DNA from: Bdellovibrionales bacterium
GTDB lineage: Bacteria; Pseudomonadota; Alphaproteobacteria; UBA2400
NCBI GenBank assembly: GCA_039808765.1
Contig: JBDHTQ010000004.1
Location: forward strand, 74,287 to 138,286
Reading direction: 5' to 3'
Length of the DNA stretch: 64,000 bases
Shown: positions 9,798-20,300 of the stretch, piece by piece
How positions within the stretch are numbered: the first letter of the stretch is position 1
Layout of the letters: each line of letters starts with the position of its first letter
Notes under the pieces: generated by a model
Databases searched by the model: none
What the model saw: the letters and a program-made list of their open reading frames with translations, nothing else
Told to the model about the DNA's origin: nothing
Translations under genes and position numbers: made by a program

Positions 9798-10430
9798 ATG
9801 ATTGAAAGTTTGAAATTGACTGACAGTTCGTCTGTCTCTCGGCGTGGTTTCTTGCAATTTGGTCTTAAAACCGCTGCCAGTGTTGCGCTTGTTTCATCAA
9901 CCCTAACTGCAGGTCTTCTTCCCACTGAAGCCGCAATGGCTGCAGAGTTTTCCGCCGGAATGGAGCGGATTGCTGGTCAAATCGGTGGTAATCGCCGCCT
10001 TTCGTTTAAAAACACGCATACGGGGGAACGTCTGGTCACAACGTTTTGGCGTGGTGGTGGGTATGACCAGTCGGCGTTGGACGAAATTAATTACATCATG
10101 CGCGATTTTCGCTCAGGTGATCTTCATCTCATCAATACGGGCCTGCTGAACCTGCTTACAATTTTACGTCACAAGCTGGGTACGGATATTCCTGTTAATA
10201 TCATTTCAGGTTATCGCTCACCTAAGACCAATGCCATGTTGCGCTCAAGCAGTGATGGTGTGGCGCGCCGTAGTTTCCATATGCAAGGTATGGCCATTGA
10301 CGTGCGGATGCCGGGAATTGCCACCTCTGGGATTGCTAATACAGCTCGCGGACTGGGCTTAGGTGGCGTGGGCTATTATAGCGATAGCGATTTTGTCCAT
10401 GTTGATGTTGGACCAAAGCGTACATGGTAG
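9798..10430 (+). CDS. DUF882/YcbK-like peptidase M15 family protein with a Tat-type signal
   Basis: Twin-arginine signal SRRGFLQFGLKTAASVAL. The M15-like metal-binding region is ISGYRSPKTN...RSFHMQGMAIDVRM...FVHVDV. The ycbB-ycbK style pairing with the upstream L,D-transpeptidase supports the call. Confidence 0.6.
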   Translation: MIESLKLTDSSSVSRRGFLQFGLKTAASVALVSSTLTAGLLPTEAAMAAEFSAGMERIAGQIGGNRRLSFKNTHTGERLVTTFWRGGGYDQSALDEINYIMRDFRSGDLHLINTGLLNLLTILRHKLGTDIPVNIISGYRSPKTNAMLRSSSDGVARRSFHMQGMAIDVRMPGIATSGIANTARGLGLGGVGYYSDSDFVHVDVGPKRTW

Positions 10431-10496
10431 TTGCTGTTTATTCAGCTGACAAATGGCCGGATTGCACCCGGCCGTTGTTATTTTAAAATCATGGTT

Positions 10497-11411
10497 TTAA
10501 GGCAAGGGGATTTCTGAAACAGGGGTGCCTTTTCGGCGAATAATCACCATCCAACCTGCAAGGCAAACACACAAAAGCCCCAAGCATATGCGCAGCGTAA
10601 GCGGCTCATGGAACATAAATGTTCCATAAACAAGCATCCAGAAAATTTGTGTGTATTGTAATGACGAAAAGTGTGGTGCAGTCATATGCTTTAACGCCAA
10701 GTAATAGCTGCAATTCGCGGTACCGACGACGAGTCCAATCGTCATAACCCAAAACATTTGTAATGATGTAATCGGCTGCCAGTCACCCATGGCGGCAAAA
10801 TTCATGATGACCTGCATTGTGGCGACGGGAATCAGTAAGACTGCGCCTGTATCACTGCGGCCTGCTCGACGCATGATAATGAGCGAAAGAGCGCCAAAAA
10901 ACCCCACGCCAAAACCTGTCAAGTGGGCTACAGAAAATGTGCGGATATGGGGGTTCATCGCGATCAGAACCCCGAAAAACCCGATTAAGACAGCCGCAAT
11001 TTGTCGGGGCCGTAAATATTCTTTGAGAAAAATTGCGCTCAAAACCAAGGCCCACAGCGGGGTTGTAAAAAACAGGGTGTAACACTCGGCCAAAGGCAGT
11101 CGGGTAAGTGTGTAATTAACGCATGCGACATCGGCTACGGCACAAAAGCAATAAAACAACAACCGATATGGGTGTGCGGTGTGTAATCCATTCCACTCGC
11201 GGTTGACGTGAGTCATCCATAAAATGGGAATAAGGGTGAATAATTCATACAAGAAGGCTAACTGAAATTGCCCCAGCCCTTGCATCATGAGATATCGCCC
11301 TAACGCATCCGCTGTACTGTAGCCAAAAAAGGTAAACAGCGCAAAGCCCAGGCTTAAAAGCGGCAGACGGAGCGTAAGGAGAGCCATAGAAAAACCAAGT
11401 ACAGCTAACAA
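10497..11411 (-). CDS. EamA/DMT-family transporter (10 TM-type permease). The true start may be downstream, near 11387.
   Basis: Highly hydrophobic throughout, with a duplicated 5-TM organisation and the Gly/Pro-rich loops typical of drug/metabolite transporter (EamA) proteins. Confidence 0.5.
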   Translation of the reverse strand: MLAVLGFSMALLTLRLPLLSLGFALFTFFGYSTADALGRYLMMQGLGQFQLAFLYELFTLIPILWMTHVNREWNGLHTAHPYRLLFYCFCAVADVACVNYTLTRLPLAECYTLFFTTPLWALVLSAIFLKEYLRPRQIAAVLIGFFGVLIAMNPHIRTFSVAHLTGFGVGFFGALSLIIMRRAGRSDTGAVLLIPVATMQVIMNFAAMGDWQPITSLQMFWVMTIGLVVGTANCSYYLALKHMTAPHFSSLQYTQIFWMLVYGTFMFHEPLTLRICLGLLCVCLAGWMVIIRRKGTPVSEIPLP

Positions 11412-11589
11412 GCATGTGGGCCGATAATCGGTTGGTTATGTGCATGAAAAACATTTTACCAACCTTAAAATATTCTTACGCGAACAGCTTAAGAAAGACT
11501 AAAGAGATTGGTCAACTGCGCTCTTCGTCGTCGGATTACAGCCGAGCGCAGTAACAAAGTGTAGGGTGGTTTTTATAGGCTTGTTGCTG

Positions 11590-12165
11590 CTAATCCATTT
11601 TCTGCATGCTTGTTTTAAGGCGATTTATGCCTTCCCATGCAGATCTCTTGGTTATGCCTTCGGGAAATTTGCCTGTCTCAATCATTACCATTAAATCTCG
11701 TAGGTTCAATTTTTCTGTTTTAACACGTGCTAGCGTTTTCTTACCTGTACGAGGTGATATACTTTGTTTGAATGCAATCAGCTCAATCCGCTTCTCCGAA
11801 CCCTTTCTACCTTGGCAAATACGACCGAGCTTATAAAATCTCTCGCTAACTGAACAATTTTTCTCCACCGCGGTCGTTTGTGAACGCTTTCGCAAACGGT
11901 TAAGCATGGTCGTGGCTGCGGCTTTATTGATGCCGCGAGGCAGCTGTTCCGTCTCGATCATGTGGCTCAAAGCATTCATTGTAACTGTTGCGGTGGTACA
12001 AATCCTTTTCTCTTTTGTGCCATCAGCACCATGGGGTTGATGGCACATAAAAATCAAAGTTACTTTCGGTTGATCACAATCTGAAGTGGGGCCTATCACT
12101 TTTCCCATGCGGGCCATAAAACCGGGAGGATTATCGTTATTTTTAAATGTAGTGTGTGTATTCAT
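11590..12165 (-). CDS. Hypothetical protein (basic, possible wHTH)
   Basis: 191-aa ORF with no recognisable catalytic motif. It lies in a variable AT-richer patch between the EamA gene and ctrA. Confidence 0.3.
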   Translation of the reverse strand: MNTHTTFKNNDNPPGFMARMGKVIGPTSDCDQPKVTLIFMCHQPHGADGTKEKRICTTATVTMNALSHMIETEQLPRGINKAAATTMLNRLRKRSQTTAVEKNCSVSERFYKLGRICQGRKGSEKRIELIAFKQSISPRTGKKTLARVKTEKLNLRDLMVMIETGKFPEGITKRSAWEGINRLKTSMQKMD

Positions 12166-12301
12166 AAATAGCTCGTCATCATCGGGGTTGAGCGGGATTA
12201 CTCAAGGTTGCTTTTATTCAAAACTAAGTGAAAAAAGCAACAAAAAAAACCCCCGAGGAACAAACCTCGGGGTAGACGTAACGTAATGTGTTGATTTGTG
12301 A

Positions 12302-13414
12302 TTAAGCTGCCTGCTGTAAATTAAGCTTAAGACCTGCTTGCTGCATAAGGGTAAGTGCGTCACTTGTGTTTTTTTCTTCCGTTGCTTCAAAGGCAGAAGT
12401 GTTTTTGCCATTCAAACTGATCGGACAGTCTTGCACGATGGATTGAAGTGTTTGCGAGTCGGTTGCTGACTGTAATCTGCTGCCCAACAAGAATGTGGAG
12501 ACAGCCTGCGAATCACTTAACGAAGCTCCCGAGAAGCGGCACAGCTCTGCCAGTCCCTCGATTGGACCCGCCGACAAATGAACACCATTGACTCCTTGTG
12601 AGACCTCTTCAAGCCCAAGTTGTTCTTTTTGTTCAAGGAACAAACGGCGCAGACTGCCAGCATTGGCTTTTTCTGGATTTGTCGTGCCGATCAAATCGTT
12701 GCGCGCTACACTCCAGTCCGTGTTGGTCACGAGACGAAACGTGACGATGGAGCGGCCCGCCTGAACAAAATGCTCCAATTGACGGGGGTGAAACGCATTG
12801 ATGAGGTAGTGGGTTTGCCCATCCCATTTTACAGGAATGCAGTATGTGCCGCCCGCAAGTTTGGTGATTTGGGCATTTTGGCAAAGCAAGTCCAACGATT
12901 CTGCATTCATGAACGGAAATTTTCGCAAAAATTCAAAAGACCCCAGAGGCTTGGCTTCTTCTACGGTCATACCAAATTTTTCTTTGAAGGTGTTTTTAGC
13001 GGTGTCAGACAATGAAGCGAGCGCATTGTTGCTTAAGCGATTGATCACACCATAGTGAGACGCAATGGCTCCACTTTCCTTCATGTATTGAGCGCCAAGC
13101 AAGTTAACTTCGAGAATTGTCATGCCAAACTTTTCAAGGCTTGAAAAAACGAGATCAAGAACGGCAGAGAGGTTGGTTTTGCCGTTGGAAGGTTTGGTGA
13201 TTTCAGGTTTGATGAAAAAAAGCATTTCATTTTTATACGACTGCGGGGAAATGCCTGAGGATTGGTAAAGCGATACGCGACCGGTCGCGGTTGTTTGCGC
13301 GGCTGTTATCGCATTGATGATTTTGCTTTTGAGTTCTTGCACGATATATCTCCCAACATGCGATTTTCTTTGGCAAAAGGGGTTCCGTTGCCTGCGCTGT
13401 TTTAGCCTTACCAA
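12302..13414 (-). CDS. Atypical expanded nucleoside-diphosphate-kinase-fold protein. A more likely start is at 13225 (MLFFIKPE).
   Basis: NDK-like blocks are present: FFIKPE (NDK N-terminal strand), IGTTNPEKANAGSLRRLF (NDK Kpn-loop/GATNP region), and NGVHLSAGPIEGLAELCRF (the NDK catalytic His, NG[T/V]H.S). Non-NDK insertions of about 100 aa and a roughly 90-aa C-terminal extension bring the total to 300+ aa, versus about 140 aa for canonical Ndk. Confidence 0.45.
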   Translation of the reverse strand: MVRLKQRRQRNPFCQRKSHVGRYIVQELKSKIINAITAAQTTATGRVSLYQSSGISPQSYKNEMLFFIKPEITKPSNGKTNLSAVLDLVFSSLEKFGMTILEVNLLGAQYMKESGAIASHYGVINRLSNNALASLSDTAKNTFKEKFGMTVEEAKPLGSFEFLRKFPFMNAESLDLLCQNAQITKLAGGTYCIPVKWDGQTHYLINAFHPRQLEHFVQAGRSIVTFRLVTNTDWSVARNDLIGTTNPEKANAGSLRRLFLEQKEQLGLEEVSQGVNGVHLSAGPIEGLAELCRFSGASLSDSQAVSTFLLGSRLQSATDSQTLQSIVQDCPISLNGKNTSAFEATEEKNTSDALTLMQQAGLKLNLQQAA

Positions 13415-13557
13415 TGGCTATGTTCAAGCAAAAAAAGATAAAAAAATCAGCAAAAATCAGCTTGTATCTATTTTCAGAAATCAGTTGATTCCACGGGCGG
13501 CGGTAAGTTAGGATGCTTCGTATCGTATGGAAATAATTTTTTAAGTGGTGATTAAAC

Positions 13558-14076
13558 ATGGATATTAAACAGCGTAATCGCTATATGGATGGAATATGTT
13601 ATAGTTGGCTCGCCGGAGGTGTGCTTGGAGCAGGTTCGGTCTTGGCGAACTTTTGTTGTCTTGCCCAGCAGCTTGTTGGTCAAAGGGACCCTCCTGTGGG
13701 CGTATCGTTTGCGCTTATGGCGCTGGGGGGGGCGTGTCTTTACTCAGCCTACGCGCTTTGCTTTCTTCCCAAACGATTAAGAGAGGCCAAAATTGTTAAT
13801 ATTTTGCCTGATCCTTCAGCATGCAAATCTCTCCAACGCTATACATTTGGCTATCTGGCTGCCGCAGTCACTGTAGCTGCTCTCAGTGGCTGTAATTATG
13901 CGACAACCGGTCGTTTCTGGAATATATTTGACGCGCCGACCACTCCATTTCGTCATTTAGGGAATAATATTACACCATCCCTAATACCTGAACTGTCTAG
14001 GGTACTGTTCGCGAATAACGCCGATGGGGTCGATCCGAAAAAAACAATTGTTGCACGCTTGCCGTCAATGTCGTAG
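13558..14076 (+). CDS. Hypothetical membrane protein
   Basis: 172 aa with two or three hydrophobic helices. No family recognised. Confidence 0.3.
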   Translation: MDIKQRNRYMDGICYSWLAGGVLGAGSVLANFCCLAQQLVGQRDPPVGVSFALMALGGACLYSAYALCFLPKRLREAKIVNILPDPSACKSLQRYTFGYLAAAVTVAALSGCNYATTGRFWNIFDAPTTPFRHLGNNITPSLIPELSRVLFANNADGVDPKKTIVARLPSMS

Positions 14077-14138
14077 AAGGTTGGCGTTTTTTGTGTTCTA
14101 TGGATTTCTTTTTTTTATAATCAGGGTGAATAACTAAA

Positions 14139-14726
14139 ATGTTGGATACAGAGGGGCTGGCTGATTCGGGCAGCGGAGAATTAACGGCGAAGCCAGAAAA
14201 AAATGACTTAAGCCCTGGGTTTTCAATTGGCATGGCGGCCATAATGGCCGTTCTTTTTTTTACTAACTTTCTGAGCACTGCATTGGGATCGGTGGGAGTT
14301 TTTGCAAATTACCTTGCTCATAGCTTTACCCCGTTGAGTGGAGTGGCTAGCGCGCTGGGCTTGATCGGTAGCTCTGGTCTTGCAGTACATGCGGTGAGAA
14401 CGGCATTTGAGCCGGGGCTAAGAATAGAAGAGAAAGAACCCAAAATTCTAAGGAAAAAAATGATAAGGCGCGTTGCAGTGGTTGCTTTTGCAACGACCGG
14501 ACTTGCATTAGCTAACGGTATTAACATGGTTGAAGGGCATAGAGCGACATTATTCAATAACAAAACGCAACCTGTGATTCCGGCACCTGAGCGCTGTCCT
14601 CCAACAACATCAGTGGTGCCTCCTTCGTACGCTTTTTCAGTTTTTTTGAGTAGGAGTCGGCCTGTTGTATTGGTTCCTTCTGGGTTATTACAAAGACCGA
14701 CATCAGCAAGTCTGACATTGGCATGA
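14139..14726 (+). CDS. Hypothetical membrane protein
   Basis: 195 aa with several TM helices (MAAIMAVLFFTNFL..., GLIGSSGLAV..., VAVVAFATTGLALA). No family recognised. Confidence 0.3.
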   Translation: MLDTEGLADSGSGELTAKPEKNDLSPGFSIGMAAIMAVLFFTNFLSTALGSVGVFANYLAHSFTPLSGVASALGLIGSSGLAVHAVRTAFEPGLRIEEKEPKILRKKMIRRVAVVAFATTGLALANGINMVEGHRATLFNNKTQPVIPAPERCPPTTSVVPPSYAFSVFLSRSRPVVLVPSGLLQRPTSASLTLA

Positions 14727-14880
14727 AAGCTTTTGTACTCATAATATCGAATTTTATAGTGAGCCATACAATTTAGCGAACACGAAGATCAACTATCCGA
14801 TGATAGATCATCTTCGGTCTTAAGATGTTGTCACACTGCCAACCATCACCGGGATTTTACGGCGTGTTATTGCTGGTAAC

Positions 14881-14908
14881 AAAAAAGGGCTCTAATATAA
14901 GAGCCCTT
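14881..14908 (-). terminator. Rho-independent terminator downstream of ctrA
   Basis: On the minus strand a GGGCTC-TTATATTA-GAGCCC hairpin is followed by TTTTTT. It lies about 30 nt 3' of the ctrA stop. Confidence 0.5.
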
Positions 14909-14935
14909 CTTAATATCTATTTCTAATACGTGTGT

Positions 14936-15655
14936 TTATTCAACCATTGCCTGTGAGCCAACGGCAGCTGGTGCTTCTCCGATTGGATCGCGCAAAACGT
15001 AACCGCGGCCCCATACTGTCTCGATATAGCTATCAGTATTGGTGGCTACGGCCAACTTCTTGCGCAACTTGCAAACAAACACGTCGATAATTTTCAATTC
15101 TGGCTCGTCCATTCCGCCATAAAGGTGATTCAAAAACATCTCTTTGGTGAGCGTTGTGCCTTTACGCAGTGAGAGAAGCTCCAGAATGCCATATTCCTTC
15201 CCTGTTAAGTGCAATGGGCGCTCGTCCACCGTAACGGTGCGGGTATCAAGATTGACGGTTAAGCGACCTGTCTTGATTACGCTGTCAGAGTGACCTTTCG
15301 AGCGACGCACAATGGCCTGAATGCGGGCGATAAGTTCGCGCTTGTCAAAAGGTTTGGTCAAATAATCATCGGCGCCAAAGCCTAAGCCCTTGATTTTGTG
15401 ATCTAGTTCTGTGAGGCCCGACAAGATGAGGATCGGTGTGTTCACGCGTGCTGACCGCAAACGACGCAAAACTTCGTAGCCATCAATATCAGGGAGCATC
15501 AGGTCAAGCAAAATGATGTCATAATCATACAGCTTCCCGATTTCCAGTCCATCTTCACCCAGATCTGTCGTGTCGACGATAAATCCCTCTGAATGTAGCA
15601 TTAGCTCAATGCTTTTAGCCGTCGAGCTATCATCTTCAACAAGCAGAACACGCAT
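14936..15655 (-). CDS. ctrA: Cell-cycle response regulator CtrA (OmpR family). The start is trimmed to MRVLLVEDD.
   Basis: Near-identical blocks to Caulobacter/Rhizobiales CtrA: [100 protein letters not shown]. Confidence 0.85.
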   Translation of the reverse strand: MRVLLVEDDSSTAKSIELMLHSEGFIVDTTDLGEDGLEIGKLYDYDIILLDLMLPDIDGYEVLRRLRSARVNTPILILSGLTELDHKIKGLGFGADDYLTKPFDKRELIARIQAIVRRSKGHSDSVIKTGRLTVNLDTRTVTVDERPLHLTGKEYGILELLSLRKGTTLTKEMFLNHLYGGMDEPELKIIDVFVCKLRKKLAVATNTDSYIETVWGRGYVLRDPIGEAPAAVGSQAMVE

Positions 15656-15864
15656 CTTAACCCCTCCTTGATCTGGGTTACTCTCCCTAACCATTCCGCA
15701 TGCTTTAAAGCAGAGGTCAGGATACATTAACTATCCCTAATATTTCCCAAATTAGTTAACAAAATCTCACCAAGGAAGGCAAGAATAAAATTTTAACCTT
15801 CATTAAAGCGGTTTTGAGCAGATTAAGACTAGGCTAAAAGAATGAATTCGCTTAGCATTCTGTT

Positions 15865-17208
15865 ATGGGAAGTGATCTAGAAACTTTTTTGGCGAACGTT
15901 AATGAAATTCCAGAACAGCAGTTTTTTGGTCGCGTTACGGCGGTTCAGGGATTGATGGTTGAGGTCATTGGGGTCGAAAAACAACTTACGCTGGGTGGTC
16001 GCTGTTATATTGTTAATAGTGAAAACAAGAGAATTCCATGCGAAGTTGTGGGGTTTCGTAAAAAACATGCGCTTTTGATGAGTTACGGGGCTTTGGAGGG
16101 TGTCGGTTTAAATTGCAAAGTTGAGGTATCTTCCAGTCGACCTGCGCTGCATCCAACGGCACTCTGGTTGGGGCGTGTGGTCAATGCATTGGGTGAGCCG
16201 ATTGATGGCAAAGGGCCATTACCGATTGGTGGCATTGCGGCGCCTTTTCGTGCAGCTCCACCGCCCGCCAATTTGCGGCAACGTGTGGCTGGTAAGGTTG
16301 ATTTGGGTGTAAAAGCCCTTAATACCTTTGTCACGCTTTGTCGGGGGCAGCGGATGGGGATTTTTGCGGCCTCAGGTGTTGGCAAATCAGTTTTGATGTC
16401 GATGTTGGCGCGTTATACCAGTTCCGACGTTAATGTCATCGGACTGGTGGGCGAACGTGGCCGCGAAGTGCAGGAGTTTATAAAGGACACATTGGGTGAA
16501 GAGGGGTTAAAACGCTCTATCATTGTGGTGGCAACTTCGGATGAACCTGCGTTGATGCGGCGGCAGGCTGCCTACACCACCCTTGCCCTTGCTGAGTATT
16601 TTCGTGATCAAGGCCAGCATGTGCTGTGCATGATTGATTCGGTTACCCGCTTTGCCATGGCCCAGCGCGAAATTGGCCTTTCAGCGGGTGAGCCACCCAC
16701 AACAAAAGGCTATCCACCGACGGTTTTTAGTGAGCTTCCCAAGCTGTTAGAGCGTGCTGGCCCTGGTGTTGATGGCAACAATGAGGGCGGGGGCGCCATA
16801 ACGGGCCTCTTTACTGTTTTGGTGGAAGGTGACGACCATGACGAACCGATTGCTGACGCCGTTCGCGGTATTCTTGATGGGCATATCGTGTTGGAGCGCT
16901 CGATTGGGGAGCGCGGGCGATACCCTGCGATTAACATTCTTCGCTCTGTTTCCCGCACGATGCCGATGTGCAATACCGATCAAGAAAATGCATTAATTAC
17001 GCGCGCCCGACGGCTTATATCCACCTATGACGATATGGCTGAAATGATCCGGCTAGGTGCGTATCGTATGGGGGCGGATCCGCTGGTTGATGAAGCAATT
17101 GCTTATCGCGAGCCTCTTGAGCGTTTTTTGTCGCAAAAGCCGGGTGAGCATTTTTCATTGGAACAGGGCTACACACAATTGGCTAATGTTCTTCAGCGTC
17201 AAGGCTGA
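15865..17208 (+). CDS. fliI: Flagellum-specific ATP synthase FliI
   Basis: 447 aa T3SS-type ATPase. Walker A GVGKSVLMSMLAR, Walker B LCMIDSVTRFAMAQREI, and the C-terminal helical domain are present. Divergent from ctrA, as in many Rhizobiales. Confidence 0.85.
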   Translation: MGSDLETFLANVNEIPEQQFFGRVTAVQGLMVEVIGVEKQLTLGGRCYIVNSENKRIPCEVVGFRKKHALLMSYGALEGVGLNCKVEVSSSRPALHPTALWLGRVVNALGEPIDGKGPLPIGGIAAPFRAAPPPANLRQRVAGKVDLGVKALNTFVTLCRGQRMGIFAASGVGKSVLMSMLARYTSSDVNVIGLVGERGREVQEFIKDTLGEEGLKRSIIVVATSDEPALMRRQAAYTTLALAEYFRDQGQHVLCMIDSVTRFAMAQREIGLSAGEPPTTKGYPPTVFSELPKLLERAGPGVDGNNEGGGAITGLFTVLVEGDDHDEPIADAVRGILDGHIVLERSIGERGRYPAINILRSVSRTMPMCNTDQENALITRARRLISTYDDMAEMIRLGAYRMGADPLVDEAIAYREPLERFLSQKPGEHFSLEQGYTQLANVLQRQG

Positions 17209-17313
17209 GGAAATAAATTTTAACGCCCTGTCAACTTATTTTGAGGTAAAAGCCAAGATATCCGGCAATGGTTCTTGGCTTATGCGTTGGGGATGCTATG
17301 ATCTGTCAACTGC

Positions 17314-20300
17314 ATGGCGCTTTGGCAAAATGATCAAATAAAGGATTGTGGGCACAAGATGATTCGTTTTTTAAATGACCTTTTTGCTTCGATTTATCTT
17401 GTCTTGCGTCAGCCATTGGAAACATTTATTCGTCTTGAAACGGCGGATGATGAGATAACGCTGGTTGCTGCAGATGGCTCGATGGTGAGCTATATCCGCA
17501 TTGACGGGGCAAAACGCTTAATCGGTGTCAATGAGTTTGAGCATATCGTTGAGCAGGCCAAAATTAAAATCGGCTCGCGTCTTGATCGCCCCGGTTATGC
17601 TCTACAGTTTTATTTTATGCGTGATCCCGCGCGTGTTCGTGGTGAGCTTGAGACCATTATGCGCCCCAATCGTGCGGCCGCAGCAAATCTTGGGCTTGAT
17701 CTGCAGGATTTATTTGAAGAGCGCGCCCGCCATCTTTCCAAGTTCCTGGCATGGGAAGAATGTTATGTTGTGTTGTGGACTCGCCCTGCAGCGTTTGGTG
17801 CTTCGGATTTACGGCGTGAGCTTAAAACACGTTCGGCAATCAAGTGGGTGAATGCACCAGATGCACAATTTCCGTTTGCTGCCCTCGGTGCTTTACGCAC
17901 ACGCCATAAAAGCTTTGTCAGCTCAATTAAAGGTGCTTTCGACGAGCTGGGTATTCGTACGCAAATTTTAGATGTTCACACTGCATTGCGTGCAGTTCGT
18001 TCCAGTTTGTCACCGAGCCATCCTTCCCGTCAGTGGCGCGCATGTTTGCCTGGTGACCCCATCTCCATGCGTGAGCCGCGGTCTCAACGCGACTATTCGG
18101 ATGTTTTATGGCCACCGTTAGCGCGCCAGTTGTTGACCGATGATGCAGAAATTATCAACCAGACACGTGTGCGCATCGGCAACCTTCTCTGGAGCCCGAT
18201 TGATATGACGATGGGGCCAGCTGAAGCGACCGAGTTTCCACGATTGCTGCGGCGGTTGTCTGAATACGATATTCCTTTCCGCATCTCGTGGCTTATCGAA
18301 AGTGCAGGGGCGCAAGGTGCGGGTTTGCGCCGCTTCCTTGTTTCGGTTATCGGATTTACAAAAACCGATAATAAGCTGATTAAGAACTCTCTTGAACATC
18401 TGGATATGATGTCAAAATCAGAGCCGGTGGTTCGTTTGCGTGTTTCTCTGGCCACATGGTGTGGAATCGACCAACCCCAACAACGCCTTGATGAGCAAGC
18501 TTCTGCGCTGATGTCGGCTTTTGAAAGCTGGGGGCAGTGTCAGGTTTCGCAAATTATGGGTGACCCCGTGGAGGGCATTATGTCGTCGGCATTGGGGATT
18601 GCGTGTGCCTCAACGGCCCCTGCTGGTATTGCGCCGCTTGAAGTTGTTTTGCGTCTGCTACCGTGGCAACCTGCTTCTTCGCCGTTTGAGCAGGGCGCGA
18701 TCATGTTCCGTACACCTGAAGGGCGTATCTGGCCCTATCAAACAGGCAGTAGCGTCACGACCACATGGTTTGATCTGATTTTCGCGCAGCCTGGTGCGGG
18801 TAAGTCTGTTTTGCTGAATGCCTTGTCTCTAGGGACGACGCTTACGGCGGGTGTGGCGCGCTTGCCGTATATTGCCATCATTGATATTGGGCCGTCATCG
18901 TCGGGATTGATCTCTCTTATTCGTGACTCGCTTCCCCCCGAGCGTCGCTATGAAGCCGCGCACTATCGTTTACGGATGACGGCGGAGTATGCGATTAATC
19001 CCTTTGATACGCAGTTGGGATGCCGCTATCCTTTGCCGGATGAACGTGCGTATTTGATTGAGCTTTTGACGTTGCTCTGTACGCCACCGGGACAAGAGCA
19101 GCCTTATGACGGTATTACGCAGTTGATTGGGTTTACGCTTGATGAGATGTACCGTTGGCGTGACGATAAACCTGCAGGTGCCGAGCCGCGTGTCTACCTT
19201 CCTTATCTTGATCATGAAGTGGATGAGGCAATCCGTTCGTATAACATTCATCTTCCCAAAGAACCGTATTGGTGGGATGTGGTCGAGCACCTTTTTGAGT
19301 TGGGGCTGATTCACGTTGCGCAATTAGCGCAGCGCCATGCTGTTCCAACCATCACGGATGCGGTAACGGCTTCGCGACGTCCGCAAATCCGCTCCCTTTT
19401 GGAAGAAACAAAGCTAAGCGCCTCTACGGAAAGTATTATTAATGCGTTTGAGCGTATGATTGCTTCGGCTATTCGTGAGTTTCCCATTATCGCCAGCATT
19501 ACCCGCTTTGATATTGGGGGGGCGCGTGTTTGTGCACTCGACTTGATGGAAGTTTCGCCGCAAGGGGATGAATCTGCCGATCGTCAAACTGCTATTCTTT
19601 ACATGTTGGCGCGACATACGTTGGTGCGCAGCTGGTGGTTGGGTGATGATGTGATTCGCCTTATTCCCGAAAAGTACAAATCCTACCATACCAAGCGCCT
19701 TGTTGATATTCGTGAAAGTCCCAAGCGGATTTGTTACGATGAATTCCATCGTACCAGTAAGTCGCATTCTGTGCGCTCGCAGGTGGTGCGCGACGTGCGT
19801 GAAGGTCGTAAATGGGGTGTGCAGATCGTTCTGGCTTCTCAGCTTCTGGAAGACTTCGACGATGCCATGGTTGACTTGGCAACAGGGGTCTGGATTCTCG
19901 GCTCGACGGTTTCTGAAAAAGCCATTGATAAAGCGGTTGATCGGTTCGGTCTATCTGAATCAGCACGTGCCGTTATGAAGGGTAAGTTGACTGGTCCGCG
20001 TGCGGGTGGTGCACCGTGTTTGCTTATTCTCTCCACCAATGATGGACGGTATGAGCAACATTTGATCAACACGCTTGGCCCGATTGAGTTGTGGGCGTTG
20101 TCGACGTCTGCTGAAGACGTGCTGATTCGTAACCGCTTGTACGCACGCCTTGGTGCGCAACGGGCACGCCTGATTTTGGCGTCGAATTATCCAGGCGGTT
20201 CTGCGCGTGCAGAAATTCGCCGTCGCGTGGCGATGGCAACCGAAAAAGGCGAAGTAGATGGTGCAGCAACAGGTGTTGTGATTAATGAGATTGTCGATGA

